NCBI GenBank assembly: GCA_964057225.1
Contig: OZ059896.1
Location: forward strand, 22,320,001 to 22,384,000
DNA: 64,000 bases
Source of the DNA: Auanema rhodensis
Taxonomy: Eukaryota > Animalia > Nematoda
Reading direction: 5' to 3'
Within the stretch, counting starts at the first letter, position 1. Each line of letters opens with the position of its first letter. The notes under the pieces were generated by a model. That model was given only the letters and a program-made list of their open reading frames with translations. It ran no database searches and had not been told where the DNA came from. The translations under genes and the position numbers were made by a program. Shown here one piece after another: positions 27,701-42,700 of this stretch.

Positions 27701-30700
27701 TATTTCGAAATTTTTCGAAAAAATTTTTGTCAAAATGTTTTTGGAAGCAATGTTGAGTGTACATGGAAACTCAACATACACTAATGCATCATTTTTCAAA
27801 CGATCATAACTAATTTTTGTATTAAGCGTTTCTCAATGTAGTATAGTGCATTCGATGCGGATTTTTAAGCTGCGTCGATCTGTGTTATCAGATTTGCGCT
27901 AGCTTAAAAATGCACCGAGATATCAACTGATATAAGTTCACACTTATATCCTCGATTTTCACCCTGAAGAAATACTTTTTCCGTTGAATAACATTGTCCA
28001 TCGTCTTTGCCTTGAAAAAAGGAATCTAAAAACATCTACTTTTTGCTAAATTATTTCGAAATTTTTCGAAAAAATTTTTGTCAAAATGTTTTTGGAAGCA
28101 ATGTTGAGTGTACATGGAAACTCAACATACACTAATGCATCATTTTTCAAACGATCATAACTAATTTTTGTATTAAGCGTTTCTCAATGTAGTATAGTGC
28201 ATTCGATGCGGATTTTTAAGCTGCGTCGATCTGTGTTATCAGATTTGCGCTAGCTTAAAAATGCACCGAGATATCAACTGATATAAGTTCACACTTATAT
28301 CCTCGATTTTCACCCTGAAGAAATACTTTTTCCGTTGAATAACATTGTCCATCGTCTTTGCCTTGAAAAAAGGAATCTAAAAACATCTACTTTTTGCTAA
28401 ATTATTTCGAAATTTTTCGAAAAAATTTTTGTCAAAATGTTTTTGGAAGCAATGTTGAGTGTACATGGAAACTCAACATACACTAATGCATCATTTTTCA
28501 AACGATCATAACTAATTTTTGTATTAAGCGTTTCTCAATGTAGTATAGTGCATTCGATGCGGATTTTTAAGCTGCGTCGATCTGTGTTATCAGATTTGCG
28601 CTAGCTTAAAAATGCACCGAGATATCAACTGATATAAGTTCACACTTATATCCTCGATTTTCACCCTGAAGAAATACTTTTTCCGTTGAATAACATTGTC
28701 CATCGTCTTTGCCTTGAAAAAAGGAATCTAAAAACATCTACTTTTTGCTAAATTATTTCGAAATTTTTCGAAAAAATTTTTGTCAAAATGTTTTTGGAAG
28801 CAATGTTGAGTGTACATGGAAACTCAACATACACTAATGCATCATTTTTCAAACGATCATAACTAATTTTTGTATTAAGCGTTTCTCAATGTAGTATAGT
28901 GCATTCGATGCGGATTTGTAAGCTGCGTCGATCTGTGTTATCAGATTTGCGCTAGCTTAAAAATGCACCGAGATATCAACTGATATAAGTTCACACTTAT
29001 ATCCTCGATTTTCACCCTGAAGAAATACTTTTTCCGTTGAATAACATTGTCCATCGTCTTTGCCTTGAAAAAAGGAATCTAAAAACATCTACTTTTTGCT
29101 AAATTATTTCGAAATTTTTCGAAAAAATTTTTGTCAAAATGTTTTTGGAAGCAATGTTGAGTGTACATGGAAACTCAACATACACTAATGCATCATTTTT
29201 CAAACGATCATAACTAATTTTTGTATCAAGCGTTTCTCAATGTAGTATAGTGCATTCGATGCGGATTTTTAAGCTGCGTCGATCTGTGTTATCAGATTTG
29301 CGCTAGCTTAAAAATGCACCGAGATATCAACTGATATAAGTTCACACTTATATCCTCGATTTTCACCCTGAATAATTAATTTTTTCGTTGAATTACATTG
29401 TCCATCGTCTTTGCCTTGAAAAATGGAATCTAAAAACATCTACTTTTTGCTAAATTATTTTGAAATTTTTCGAAAAAATTTTTGTCAAAATGTTTTTGGA
29501 AGCAATGTTGAGTGTACATGGAAACTCAACATACACTAATGCATCATTTTTCAAACGATCATAACTAATTTTTGTATCAAGCGTTTCTCAATGTAGTATA
29601 GTGCATTCGATGCGGATTTTTAAGCTGCGTCGATCTGTGTTATCAGATTTGCGCTAGCCTAAAAATGCACCGAGATATCAACTGATATAAGTTCACACTT
29701 ATATCCTCGATTTTCACCCTGAAGGAATAATTTTTTCGTTGAATAACATTGTCCATCGTCTTTGCCTTGAAAAAAGGAATCTAAAAACATCTACTTTTTG
29801 CTAAATTATTTTGAAATTTTTCGAAAAAATTTTTGTCAAAATGTTTTTGGAAGCAATGTTGAGTGTACATGGAAACTCAACATACACTAATGCATCATTT
29901 TTCAAACGATCATAACTAATTTTTGTATTAAGCGTTTCTCAATGTAGTATAGTGCATTCGATGCGGATTTTTAAGCTGCGTCGATCTGTGTTATCAGATT
30001 TGCGCTAGCTTAAAAATGCACCGAGATATCAACTGATATAAGTTCACACATATATCCTCGATTTTCACCCTGAAGAATTAATTTTTTCGTTGAATAACAT
30101 TGTCCATCGTCTTTGCCTTGAAAACTGGAATCTAAAAACATCTACTTTTTGCTAAATTATTTTGAAATTTTTCGAAAAAATTTTTGTCAAAATGTTTTTG
30201 GAAGCAATGTTGAGTGTACATGGAAACTCAACATACACTAATGCATCATTTTTCAAACGATCATAACTAATTTCTGTATTAAGCGTTTCTCAATGTAGTA
30301 TAGTGCATTCGATGCGGATTTTTAAGCTGCGTCGATCTGTGTTATCAGATTTGCGCTAGCTTAAAAATGCACCGAGATATCAACTGATATAAGTTCACAC
30401 ATATATCCTCGATTTTCACCCTGAAGAATTAATTTTTTCGTTGAATAACATTGTCCATCGTCTTTGCCTTGAAAACTGGAATCTAAAAACATCTACTTTT
30501 TGCTAAATTATTTTGAAATTTTTCCAAAAAATTTTTGTCAAAATGTTTTTGGAAGCAATGTTGAGTGTACATGGAAACTCAACATACACTAATGCATCAT
30601 TTTTCAAACGATCATAACTAATTTTTGTATTAAGCGTTTCTCAATGTAGTATAGTGCATTCGATGCGGATTTTTAAGCTGCGTCGATCTGTGTTATCAGA

Positions 30701-33700
30701 TTTGCGCTAGCTTAAAAATGCACCGAGATATCAACTGATATAAGTTCACACTTATATCCTCGATTTTCACCCTGAAGAAATACTTTTTCCGTTGAATAAC
30801 ATTGTCCATCGTCTTTGCCTTGAAAAAAGGAATCTAAAAACATCTACTTTTTGCTAAATTATTTCGAAATTTTTCGAAAAAATTTTTGTCAAAATGTTTT
30901 TGGAAGCAATGTTGAGTGTACATGGAAACTCAACATACACTAATGCATCATTTTTCAAACGATCATAACTAATTTTTGTATTAAGCGTTTCTCAATGTAG
31001 TATAGTGCATTCGATGCGGATTTTTAAGCTGCGTCGATCTGTGTTATCAGATTTGCGCTAGCTTAAAAATGCACCAAGATATCAACTGATATAAGTTCAC
31101 ACTTATATCCTCGATTTTCACCCTAAAGAATTAATTTTTTCGTTGAATAACATTGTCCATCGTCTTTGCCTTGAATAAAGGAATCTAAAAACATCTACTT
31201 TTTGCTAAATTATTTCGAAATTTTTCGAAAAAATTTTTGTCAAAATGTTTTTGGAAGCAATGTTGAGTGTACATGGAAACTCAACATACACTAATGCATC
31301 ATTTTTCAAACGATCATAACTAATTTTTGTATTAAGCGTTTCTCAATGTAGTATAGTGCATTCGATGCGGATTTTTAAGCTGCGTCGATCTGTGTTATCA
31401 GATTTGCGCTAGCTTAAAAATGCACCAAGATATCAACTGATATAAGTTCACACTTATATCCTCGATTTTCACCCTGAAGAAATACTTTTTCCGTTGAATA
31501 ACATTGTCCATCGTCTTTGCCTTGAAAAAAGGAATCTAAAAACATCTACTTTTTGCTAAATTATTTCGAAATTTTTCGAAAAAATTTTTGTCAAAATGTT
31601 TTTGGAAGCAATGTTGAGTGTACATGGAAACTCAACATACACTAATGCATCATTTTTCAAACGATCATAACTAATTTTTGTATTAAGCGTTTCTCAATGT
31701 AGTATAGTGCATTCGATGCGGATTTTTAAGCTGCGTCGATCTGTGTTATCAGATTTGCGCTAGCTTAAAAATGCACCGAGATATCAACTGATATAAGTTC
31801 ACACTTATATCCTCGATTTTCACCCTGAAGAAATACTTTTTCCGTTGAATAACATTGTCCATCGTCTTTGCCTTGAAAAAAGGAATCTAAAAACATCTAC
31901 TTTTTGCTAAATTATTTCGAAATTTTTCGAAAAAATTTTTGTCAAAATGTTTTTGGAAGCAATGTTGAGTGTACATGGAAACTCAACATACACTAATGCA
32001 TCATTTTTCAAACGATCATAACTAATTTTTGTATTAAGCGTTTCTCAATGTAGTATAGTGCATTCGATGCGGATTTTTAAGCTGCGTCGATCTGTGTTAT
32101 CAGATTTGCGCTAGCCTAAAAATGCACCGAGATATCAACTGATATAAGTTCACACTTATATCCTCGATTTTCACCCTGAAGGAATAATTTTTTCGTTGAA
32201 TAACATTGTCCATCGTCTTTGCCTTGAAAAAAGGAATCTAAAAACATCTACTTTTTGCTAAATTATTTTGAAATTTTTCGAAAAAATTTTTGTCAAAATG
32301 TTTTTGGAAGCAATGTTGAGTGTACATGGAAACTCAACATACACTAATGCATCATTTTTCAAACGATCATAACTAATTTTTGTATTAAGCGTTTCTCAAT
32401 GTAGTATAGTGCATTCGATGCGGATTTTTAAGCTGCGTCGATCTGTGTTATCAGATTTGCGCTAGCTTAAAAATGCACCGAGATATCAACTGATATAAGT
32501 TCACACATATATCCTCGATTTTCACCCTGAAGAATTAATTTTTTCGTTGAATAACATTGTCCATCGTCTTTGCCTTGAAAACTGGAATCTAAAAACATCT
32601 ACTTTTTGCTAAATTATTTTGAAATTTTTCGAAAAAATTTTTGTCAAAATGTTTTTGGAAGCAATGTTGAGTGTACATGGAAACTCAACATACACTAATG
32701 CATCATTTTTCAAACGATCATAACTAATTTCTGTATTAAGCGTTTCTCAATGTAGTATAGTGCATTCGATGCGGATTTTTAAGCTGCGTCGATCTGTGTT
32801 ATCAGATTTGCGCTAGCTTAAAAATGCACCGAGATATCAACTGATATAAGTTCACACATATATCCTCGATTTTCACCCTGAAGAATTAATTTTTTCGTTG
32901 AATAACATTGTCCATCGTCTTTGCCTTGAAAACTGGAATCTAAAAACATCTACTTTTTGCTAAATTATTTTGAAATTTTTCCAAAAAATTTTTGTCAAAA
33001 TGTTTTTGGAAGCAATGTTGAGTGTACATGGAAACTCAACATACACTAATGCATCATTTTTCAAACGATCATAACTAATTTTTGTATTAAGCGTTTCTCA
33101 ATGTAGTATAGTGCATTCGATGCGGATTTTTAAGCTGCGTCGATCTGTGTTATCAGATTTGCGCTAGCTTAAAAATGCACCGAGATATCAACTGATATAA
33201 GTTCACACTTATATCCTCGATTTTCACCCTGAAGAAATACTTTTTCCGTTGAATAACATTGTCCATCGTCTTTGCCTTGAAAAAAGGAATCTAAAAACAT
33301 CTACTTTTTGCTAAATTATTTCGAAATTTTTCGAAAAAATTTTTGTCAAAATGTTTTTGGAAGCAATGTTGAGTGTACATGGAAACTCAACATACACTAA
33401 TGCATCATTTTTCAAACGATCATAACTAATTTTTGTATTAAGCGTTTCTCAATGTAGTATAGTGCATTCGATGCGGATTTTTAAGCTGCGTCGATCTCTG
33501 TTATCAGATTTGCGCTAGCTTAAAAATGCACCGAGATATCAACTGATATAAGTTCACACTTATATCCTCGATTTTCACCCTGAAGGAATAATTTTTTCGT
33601 TGAATAACATTGTCCATCGTCTTTGCCTTGAAAAAAGGAATCTAAAAACATCTACTTTTTGCTAAATTATTTTGAAATTTTTCGAAAAAATTTTTGTCAA

Positions 33701-36700
33701 AATGTTTTTGGAAGCAATGTTGAGTGTACATGGAAACTCAACATACACTAATGCATCATTTTTCAAACGATCATAACTAATTTTTGTATCAAGCGTTTCT
33801 CAATGTAGTATAGTGCATTCGATGCGGATTTTTAAGCTGCGTCGATCTGTGTTATCAGATTTGCGCTAGCTTAAAAATGCACCGAGATATCAACTGATAT
33901 AAGTTCACACTTATATCCTCGATTTTCACCCTGAAGAATTAATTTTTTCGTTGAATAACATTGTCCATCGTCTTTGCCTTGAATAAAGGAATCTAAAAAC
34001 ATCTACTTTTTGCTAAATTATTTTGAAATTTTTCGAAAAAATTTTTGTCAAAATGTTTTTGGAAGCAATGTTGAGTGTACATGGAAACTCAACATACACT
34101 AATGCATCATTTTTCAAACGATCATAACTAATTTTTGTATTAAGCGTTTTTCAATGTAGTATAGTGCATTCGATGCGGATTTTTAAGCTGCGTCGATCTG
34201 TGTTATCAGATTTGCGCTAGCTTAAAAATGCACCAAGATATCAACTGATATAAGTTCACACTTATATCCTCGATTTTCACCCTAAAGAATTAATTTTTTC
34301 GTTGAATAACATTGTCCATCGTCTTTGCCTTGAATAAAGGAATCTAAAAACATCTACTTTTTGCTAAATTATTTCGAAATTTTTCGAAAAAATTTTTGTC
34401 AAAATGTTTTTGGAAGCAATGTTGAGTGTACATGGAAACTCAACATACACTAATGCATCATTTTTCAAACGATCATAACTAATTTTTGTATTAAGCGTTT
34501 CTCAATGTAGTATAGTGCATTCGATGCGGATTTTTAAGCTGCGTCGATCTGTGTTATCAGATTTGCGCTAGCTTAAAAATGCACCGAGATATCAACTGAT
34601 ATAAGTTCACACTTATATCCTCGATTTTCACCCTGAAGAAATACTTTTTCCGTTGAATAACATTGTCCATCGTCTTTGCCTTGGAAAAAGGAATCTAAAA
34701 ACATCTACTTTTTGCTAAATTATTTCGAAATTTTTCGAAAAAATTTTTGTCAAAATGTTTTTGGAAGCAATGTTGAGTGTACATGGAAACTCAACATACA
34801 CTAATGCATCATTTTTCAAACGATCATAACTAATTTTTGTATTAAGCGTTTCTCAATGTAGTATAGTGCATTCGATGCGGATTTTTAAGCTGCGTCGATC
34901 TGTGTTATCAGATTTGCGCTAGCTTAAAAATGCACCGAGATATCAACTGATATAAGTTCACACTTATATCCTCGATTTTCACCCTGAAGAAATACTTTTT
35001 CCGTTGAATAACATTGTCCATCGTCTTTGCCTTGAAAAAAGGAATCTAAAAACATCTACTTTTTGCTAAATTATTTCGAAATTTTTCGAAAAAATTTTTG
35101 TCAAAATGTTTTTGGAAGCAATGTTGAGTGTACATGGAAACTCAACATACACTAATGCATCATTTTTCAAACGATCATAACTAATTTTTGTATTAAGCGT
35201 TTCTCAATGTAGTATAGTGCATTCGATGCGGATTTTTAAGCTGCGTCGATCTGTGTTATCAGATTTGCGCTAGCTTAAAAATGCACCGAGATATCAACTG
35301 ATATAAGTTCACACTTATATCCTCGATTTTCACCCTGAAGAAATACTTTTTCCGTTGAATAACATTGTCCATCGTCTTTGCCTTGAAAAAAGGAATCTAA
35401 AAACATCTACTTTTTGCTAAATTATTTCGAAATTTTTCGAAAAAATTTTTGTCAAAATGTTTTTGGAAGCAATGTTGAGTGTACATGGAAACTCAACATA
35501 CACTAATGCATCATTTTTCAAACGATCATAACTAATTTTTGTATTAAGCGTTTCTCAATGTAGTATAGTGCATTCGATGCGGATTTGTAAGCTGCGTCGA
35601 TCTGTGTTATCAGATTTGCGCTAGCTTAAAAATGCACCAAGATATCAACTGATATAAGTTCACACTTATATCCTCGATTTTCACCCTAAAGAATTAATTT
35701 TTTCGTTGAATAACATTGTCCATCGTCTTTGCCTTGAATAAAGGAATCTAAAAACATCTACTTTTTGCTAAATTATTTCGAAATTTTTCGAAAAAATTTT
35801 TGTCAAAATGTTTTTGGAAGCAATGTTGAGTGTACATGGAAACTCAACATACACTAATGCATCATTTTTCAAACGATCATAACTAATTTTTGTATTAAGC
35901 GTTTCTCAATGTAGTATAGTGCATTCGATGCGGATTTTTAAGCTGCGTCGATCTGTGTTATCAGATTTGCGCTAGCTTAAAAATGCACCGAGATATCAAC
36001 TGATATAAGTTCACACTTATATCCTCGATTTTCACCCTGAAGAAATACTTTTTCCGTTGAATAACATTGTCCATCGTCTTTGCCTTGAAAAAAGGAATCT
36101 AAAAACATCTACTTTTTGCTAAATTATTTCGAAATTTTTCGAAAAAATTTTTGTCAAAATGTTTTTGGAAGCAATGTTGAGTGTACATGGAAACTCAACA
36201 TACACTAATGCATCATTTTTCAAACGATCATAACTAATTTTTGTATTAAGCGTTTCTCAATGTAGTATAGTGCATTCGATGCGGATTTTTAAGCTGCGTC
36301 GATCTGTGTTATCAGATTTGCGCTAGCTTAAAAATGCACCGAGATATCAACTGATATAAGTTCACACTTATATCCTCGATTTTCACCCTGAAGAAATACT
36401 TTTTCCGTTGAATAACATTGTCCATCGTCTTTGCCTTGAAAAAAGGAATCTAAAAACATCTACTTTTTGCTAAATTATTTCGAAATTTTTCGAAAAAATT
36501 TTTGTCAAAATGTTTTTGGAAGCAATGTTGAGTGTACATGGAAACTCAACATACACTAATGCATCATTTTTCAAACGATCATAACTAATTTTTGTATTAA
36601 GCGTTTCTCAATGTAGTATAGTGCATTCGATGCGGATTTTTAAGCTGCGTCGATCTGTGTTATCAGATTTGCGCTAGCTTAAAAATGCACCGAGATATCA

Positions 36701-39700
36701 ACTGATATAAGTTCACACTTATATCCTCGATTTTCACCCTGAAGAAATACTTTTTCCGTTGAATAACATTGTCCATCGTCTTTGCCTTGAAAAAAGGAAT
36801 CTAAAAACATCTACTTTTTGCTAAATTATTTCGAAATTTTTCGAAAAAATTTTTGTCAAAATGTTTTTGGAAGCAATGTTGAGTGTACATGGAAACTCAA
36901 CATACACTAATGCATCATTTTTCAAACGATCATAACTAATTTTTGTATTAAGCGTTTCTCAATGTAGTATAGTGCATTCGATGCGGATTTGTAAGCTGCG
37001 TCGATCTGTGTTATCAGATTTGCGCTAGCTTAAAAATGCACCGAGATATCAACTGATATAAGTTCATACTTATATCCTCGATTTTCACCCTGAAGAAATA
37101 CTTTTTCCGTTGAATAACATTGTCCATCGTTTTTGCCTTGAAAAAAGGAATCTAAAAACATCTACTTTTTGCTAAATTATTTCGAAATTTTTCGAAAAAA
37201 TTTTTGTCAAAATGTTTTTGGAAGCAATGTTGAGTGTACATGGAAACTCAACATACACTAATGCATCATTTTTCAAACGATCATAACTAATTTTTGTATC
37301 AAGCGTTTCTCAATGTAGTATAGTGCATTCGATGCGGATTTTTAAGCTGCGTCGATCTGTGTTATCAGATTTGCGCTAGCTTAAAAATGCACCGAGATAT
37401 CAACTGATATAAGTTCACACTTATATCCTCGATTTTCACCCTGAAGAATTAATTTTTTCGTTGAATAACATTGTCCATCGTCTTTGCCTTGAATAAAGGA
37501 ATCTAAAAACATCTACTTTTTGCTAAATTATTTTGAAATTTTTCGAAAAAATTTTTGTCAAAATGTTTTTGGAAGCAATGTTGAGTGTACATGGAAACTC
37601 AACATACACTAATGCATCATTTTTCAAACGATCATAACTAATTTTTGTATTAAGCGTTTCTCAATGTAGTATAGTGCATTCGATGCGGATTTTTAAGCTG
37701 CGTCGATCTGTGTTATCAGATTTGCGCTAGCTTAAAAATGCACCGAGATATCAACTGATATAAGTTCACACTTATATCCTCGATTTTCACCCTGAATAAT
37801 TAATTTTTTCGTTGAATAACATTGTCCATCGTCTTTGCCTTGAAAAATGGAATCTAAAAACATCTACTTTTTGCTAAATTATTTTGAAATTTTTCGAAAA
37901 AATTTTTGTCAAAATGTTTTTGGAAGCAATGTTGAGTGTACATGGAAACTCAACATACACTAATGCATCATTTTTCAAACGATCATAACTAATTTTTGTA
38001 TCAAGCGTTTCTCAATGTAGTATAGTGCATTCGATGCGGATTTTTAAGCTGCGTCGATCTGTGTTATCAGATTTGCGCTAGCCTAAAAATGCACCGAGAT
38101 ATCAACTGATATAAGTTCACACTTATATCCTCGATTTTCACCCTGAAGGAATAATTTTTTCGTTGAATAACATTGTCCATCGTCTTTGCCTTGAAAAAAG
38201 GAATCTAAAAACATCTACTTTTTGCTAAATTATTTTGAAATTTTTCGAAAAAATTTTTGTCAAAATGTTTTTGGAAGCAATGTTGAGTGTACATGGAAAC
38301 TCAACATACACTAATGCATCATTTTTCAAACGATCATAACTAATTTTTGTATTAAGCGTTTCTCAATGTAGTATAGTGCATTCGATGCGGATTTTTAAGC
38401 TGCGTCGATCTGTGTTATCAGATTTGCGCTAGCTTAAAAATGCACCGAGATATCAACTGATATAAGTTCACACATATATCCTCGATTTTCACCCTGAAGA
38501 ATTAATTTTTTCGTTGAATAACATTGTCCATCGTCTTTGCCTTGAAAACTGGAATCTAAAAACATCTACTTTTTGCTAAATTATTTTGAAATTTTTCCAA
38601 AAAATTTTTGTCAAAATGTTTTTGGAAGCAATGTTGAGTGTACATGGAAACTCAACATACACTAATGCATCATTTTTCAAACGATCATAACTAATTTTTG
38701 TATTAAGCGTTTCTCAATGTAGTATAGTGCATTCGATGCGGATTTTTAAGCTGCGTCGATCTGTGTTATCAGATTTGCGCTAGCTTAAAAATGCACCGAG
38801 ATATCAACTGATATAAGTTCACACTTATATCCTCGATTTTCACCCTGAAGAAATACTTTTTCCGTTGAATAACATTGTCCATCGTCTTTGCCTTGAAAAA
38901 AGGAATCTAAAAACATCTACTTTTTGCTAAATTATTTCGAAATTTTTCGAAAAAATTTTTGTCAAAATGTTTTTGGAAGCAATGTTGAGTGTACATGGAA
39001 ACTCAACATACACTAATGCATCATTTTTCAAACGATCATAACTAATTTTTGTATCAAGCGTTTCTCAATGTAGTATAGTGCATTCGATGCGGATTTTTAA
39101 GCTGCGTCGATCTGTGTTATCAGATTTGCGCTAGCTTAAAAATGCACCGAGATATCAACTGATATAAGTTCGCACTTATATCCTCGATTTTCACCCTGAA
39201 GAATTAATTTTTTCGTTGAATAACATTGTCCATCGTCTTTGCCTTGAATAAAGGAATCTAAAAACATCTACTTTTTGCTAAATTATTTTGAAATTTTTCG
39301 AAAAAATTTTTGTCAAAATGTTTTTGGAAGCAATGTTGAGTGTACATGGAAACTCAACATACACTAATGCATCATTTTTCAAACGATCATAACTAATTTT
39401 TGTATCAAGCGTTTCTCAATGTAGTATAGTGCATTCGATGCGAATTTTTAAGCTGCGTCGATCTGTGTTATCAGATTTGCGCTAGCTTAAAAATGCACCG
39501 AGATATCAACTGATATAAGTTCACACTTATATCCTCGATTTTCACCCTGAAGAATTAATTTTTTCGTTGAATAACATTGTCCATCGTCTTTGCCTTGAAA
39601 ACTGGAATCTAAAAACATCTACTTTTTGCTAAATTATTTTGAATTTTTTCGAAAAAATTTTTGTCAAAATGTTTTTGGAAGCAATGTTGAGTGTACATGG

Positions 39701-42700
39701 AAACTCAACATACACTAATGCATCATTTTTCAAACGATCATAACTAATTTTTGTATCAAGCGTTTCTCAATGTAGTATAGTGCATTCGATGCGGATTTTT
39801 AAGCTGCGTCGATCTGTGTTATCAGATTTGCGCTAGCTTAAAAATGCACCGAGATATCAACTGATATAAGTTCACACTTATATCCTCGATTTTCACCCTG
39901 AATAATTAATTTTTTCGTTGAATAACATTGTCCATCGTCTTTGCCTTGAAAAATGGAATCTAAAAACATCTACTTTTTGCTAAATTATTCTGAAATTTTT
40001 CGAAAAAATTTTTGTCAAAATGTTTTTGGAAGCAATGTTGAGTGTACATGGAAACTCAACATACACTAATGCATCATTTTTCAAACGATCATAACTAATT
40101 TTTGTATCAAGCGTTTCTCAATGTAGTATAGTGCATTCGATGCGGATTTTTAAGCTGCGTCGATCTGTGTTATCAGATTTGCGCTAGCTTAAAAATGCAC
40201 CGAGATATCAACTGATATAAGTTCACACTTATATCCTCGATTTTCACCCTGAATAATTAATTTTTTCGTTGAATAACATTGTCCATCGTCTTTGCCTTGA
40301 AAAATGGAATCTAAAAACATCTACTTTTTGCTAAATTATTCTGAAATTTTTCGAAAAAATTTTTGTCAAAATGTTTTTGGAAGCAATGTTGAGTGTACAT
40401 GGAAACTCAACATACACTAATGCATCATTTTTCAAACGATCATAACTAATTTTTGTATCAAGCGTTTCTCAATGTAGTATAGTGCATTCGATGCGAATTT
40501 TTAAGCTGCGTCGATCTGTGTTATCAGATTTGCGCTAGCTTAAAAATGCACCGAGATATCAACTGATATAAGTTCACACTTATATCCTCGATTTTCACCC
40601 TGAAGAATTAATTTTTTCGTTGAATAACATTGTCCATCGTCTTTGCCTTGAATAAAGGAATCTAAAAACATCTACTTTTTGCTAAATTATTTTGAAATTT
40701 TTCGAAAAAATTTTTGTCAAAATGTTTTTGGAAGCAATGTTGAGTGTACATGGAAACTCAACATACACTAATGCATCATTTTTCAAACGATCATAACTAA
40801 TTTTTGTATCAAGCGTTTCTCAATGTAGTATAGTGCATTCGATGCGGATTTTTAAGCTGCGTCGATCTGTGTTATCAGATTTGCGCTAGCTTAAAAATGC
40901 ACCGAGATATCAACTGATATAAGTTCACACTTATATCCTCGATTTTCACCCTGAATAATTAATTTTTTCGTTGAATAACATTGTCCATCGTCTTTGCCTT
41001 GAAAAATGGAATCTAAAAACATCTACTTTTTGCTAAATTATTTTGAAATTTTTCGAAAAAATTTTTGTCAAAATGTTTTTGGAAGCAATGTTGAGTGTAC
41101 ATGGAAACTCAACATACACTAATGCATCATTTTTCAAACGATCATAACTAATTTTTGTATCAAGCGTTTCTCAATGTAGTATAGTGCATTCGATGCGAAT
41201 TTTTAAGCTGCGTCGATCTGTGTTATCAGATTTGCGCTAGCTTAAAAATGCACCGAGATATCAACTGATATAAGTTCACACTTATATCCTCGATTTTCAC
41301 CCTGAAGGAATAATTTTTTCGTTGAATAACATTGTCCATCGTCTTTGCCTTGAAAAAAGGAATCTAAAAACATCTACTTTTTGCTAAATTATTTTGAAAT
41401 TTTTCGAAAAAATTTTTGTCAAAATGTTTTTGGAAGCAATGTTGAGTGTACATGGAAACTCAACATACACTAATGCATCATTTTTCAAACGATTATAACT
41501 AATTTTTGTATTAAGCGTTTCTCAATGTAGTATAGTGCATTCGATGCGGATTTTTAAGCTGCGTCGATCTGTGTTATCAGATTTGCGCTAGCTTAAAAAT
41601 GCACCGAGATATCAACTGATATAAGTTCACACATATATCCTCGATTTTCACCCTGAAGAATTAATTTTTTCGTTGAATAACATTGTCCATCGTCTTTGCC
41701 TTGAAAACTGGAATCTAAAAACATCTACTTTTTGCTAAATTATTTTGAAATTTTTCGAAAAAATTTTTGTCAAAATGTTTTTGGAAGCAATGTTGAGTGT
41801 ACATGGAAACTCAACATACACTAATGCATCATTTTTCAAACGATCATAACTAATTTCTGTATTAAGCGTTTCTCAATGTAGTATAGTGCATTCGATGCGG
41901 ATTTTTAAGCTGCGTCGATCTGTGTTATCAGATTTGCGCTAGCTTAAAAATGCACCGAGATATCAACTGATATAAGTTCACACATATATCCTCGATTTTC
42001 ACCCTGAAGAATTAATTTTTTCGTTGAATAACATTGTCCATCGTCTTTGCCTTGAAAACTGGAATCTAAAAACATCTACTTTTTGCTAAATTATTTTGAA
42101 ATTTTTCCAAAAAATTTTTGTCAAAATGTTTTTGGAAGCAATGTTGAGTGTACATGGAAACTCAACATACACTAATGCATCATTTTTCAAACGATCATAA
42201 CTAATTTTTGTATTAAGCGTTTCTCAATGTAGTATAGTGCATTCGATGCGGATTTTTAAGCTGCGTCGATCTGTGTTATCAGATTTGCGCTAGCTTAAAA
42301 ATGCACCGAGATATCAACTGATATAAGTTCACACTTATATCCTCGATTTTCACCCTGAAGAAATACTTTTTCCGTTGAATAACATTGTCCATCGTCTTTG
42401 CCTTGAAAAAAGGAATCTAAAAACATCTACTTTTTGCTAAATTATTTCGAAATTTTTCGAAAAAATTTTTGTCAAAATGTTTTTGGAAGCAATGTTGAGT
42501 GTACATGGAAACTCAACATACACTAATGCATCATTTTTCAAACGATCATAACTAATTTTTGTATCAAGCGTTTCTCAATGTAGTATAGTGCATTCGATGC
42601 GGATTTTTAAGCTGCGTCGATCTGTGTTATCAGATTTGCGCTAGCTTAAAAATGCACCGAGATATCAACTGATATAAGTTCACACTTATATCCTCGATTT

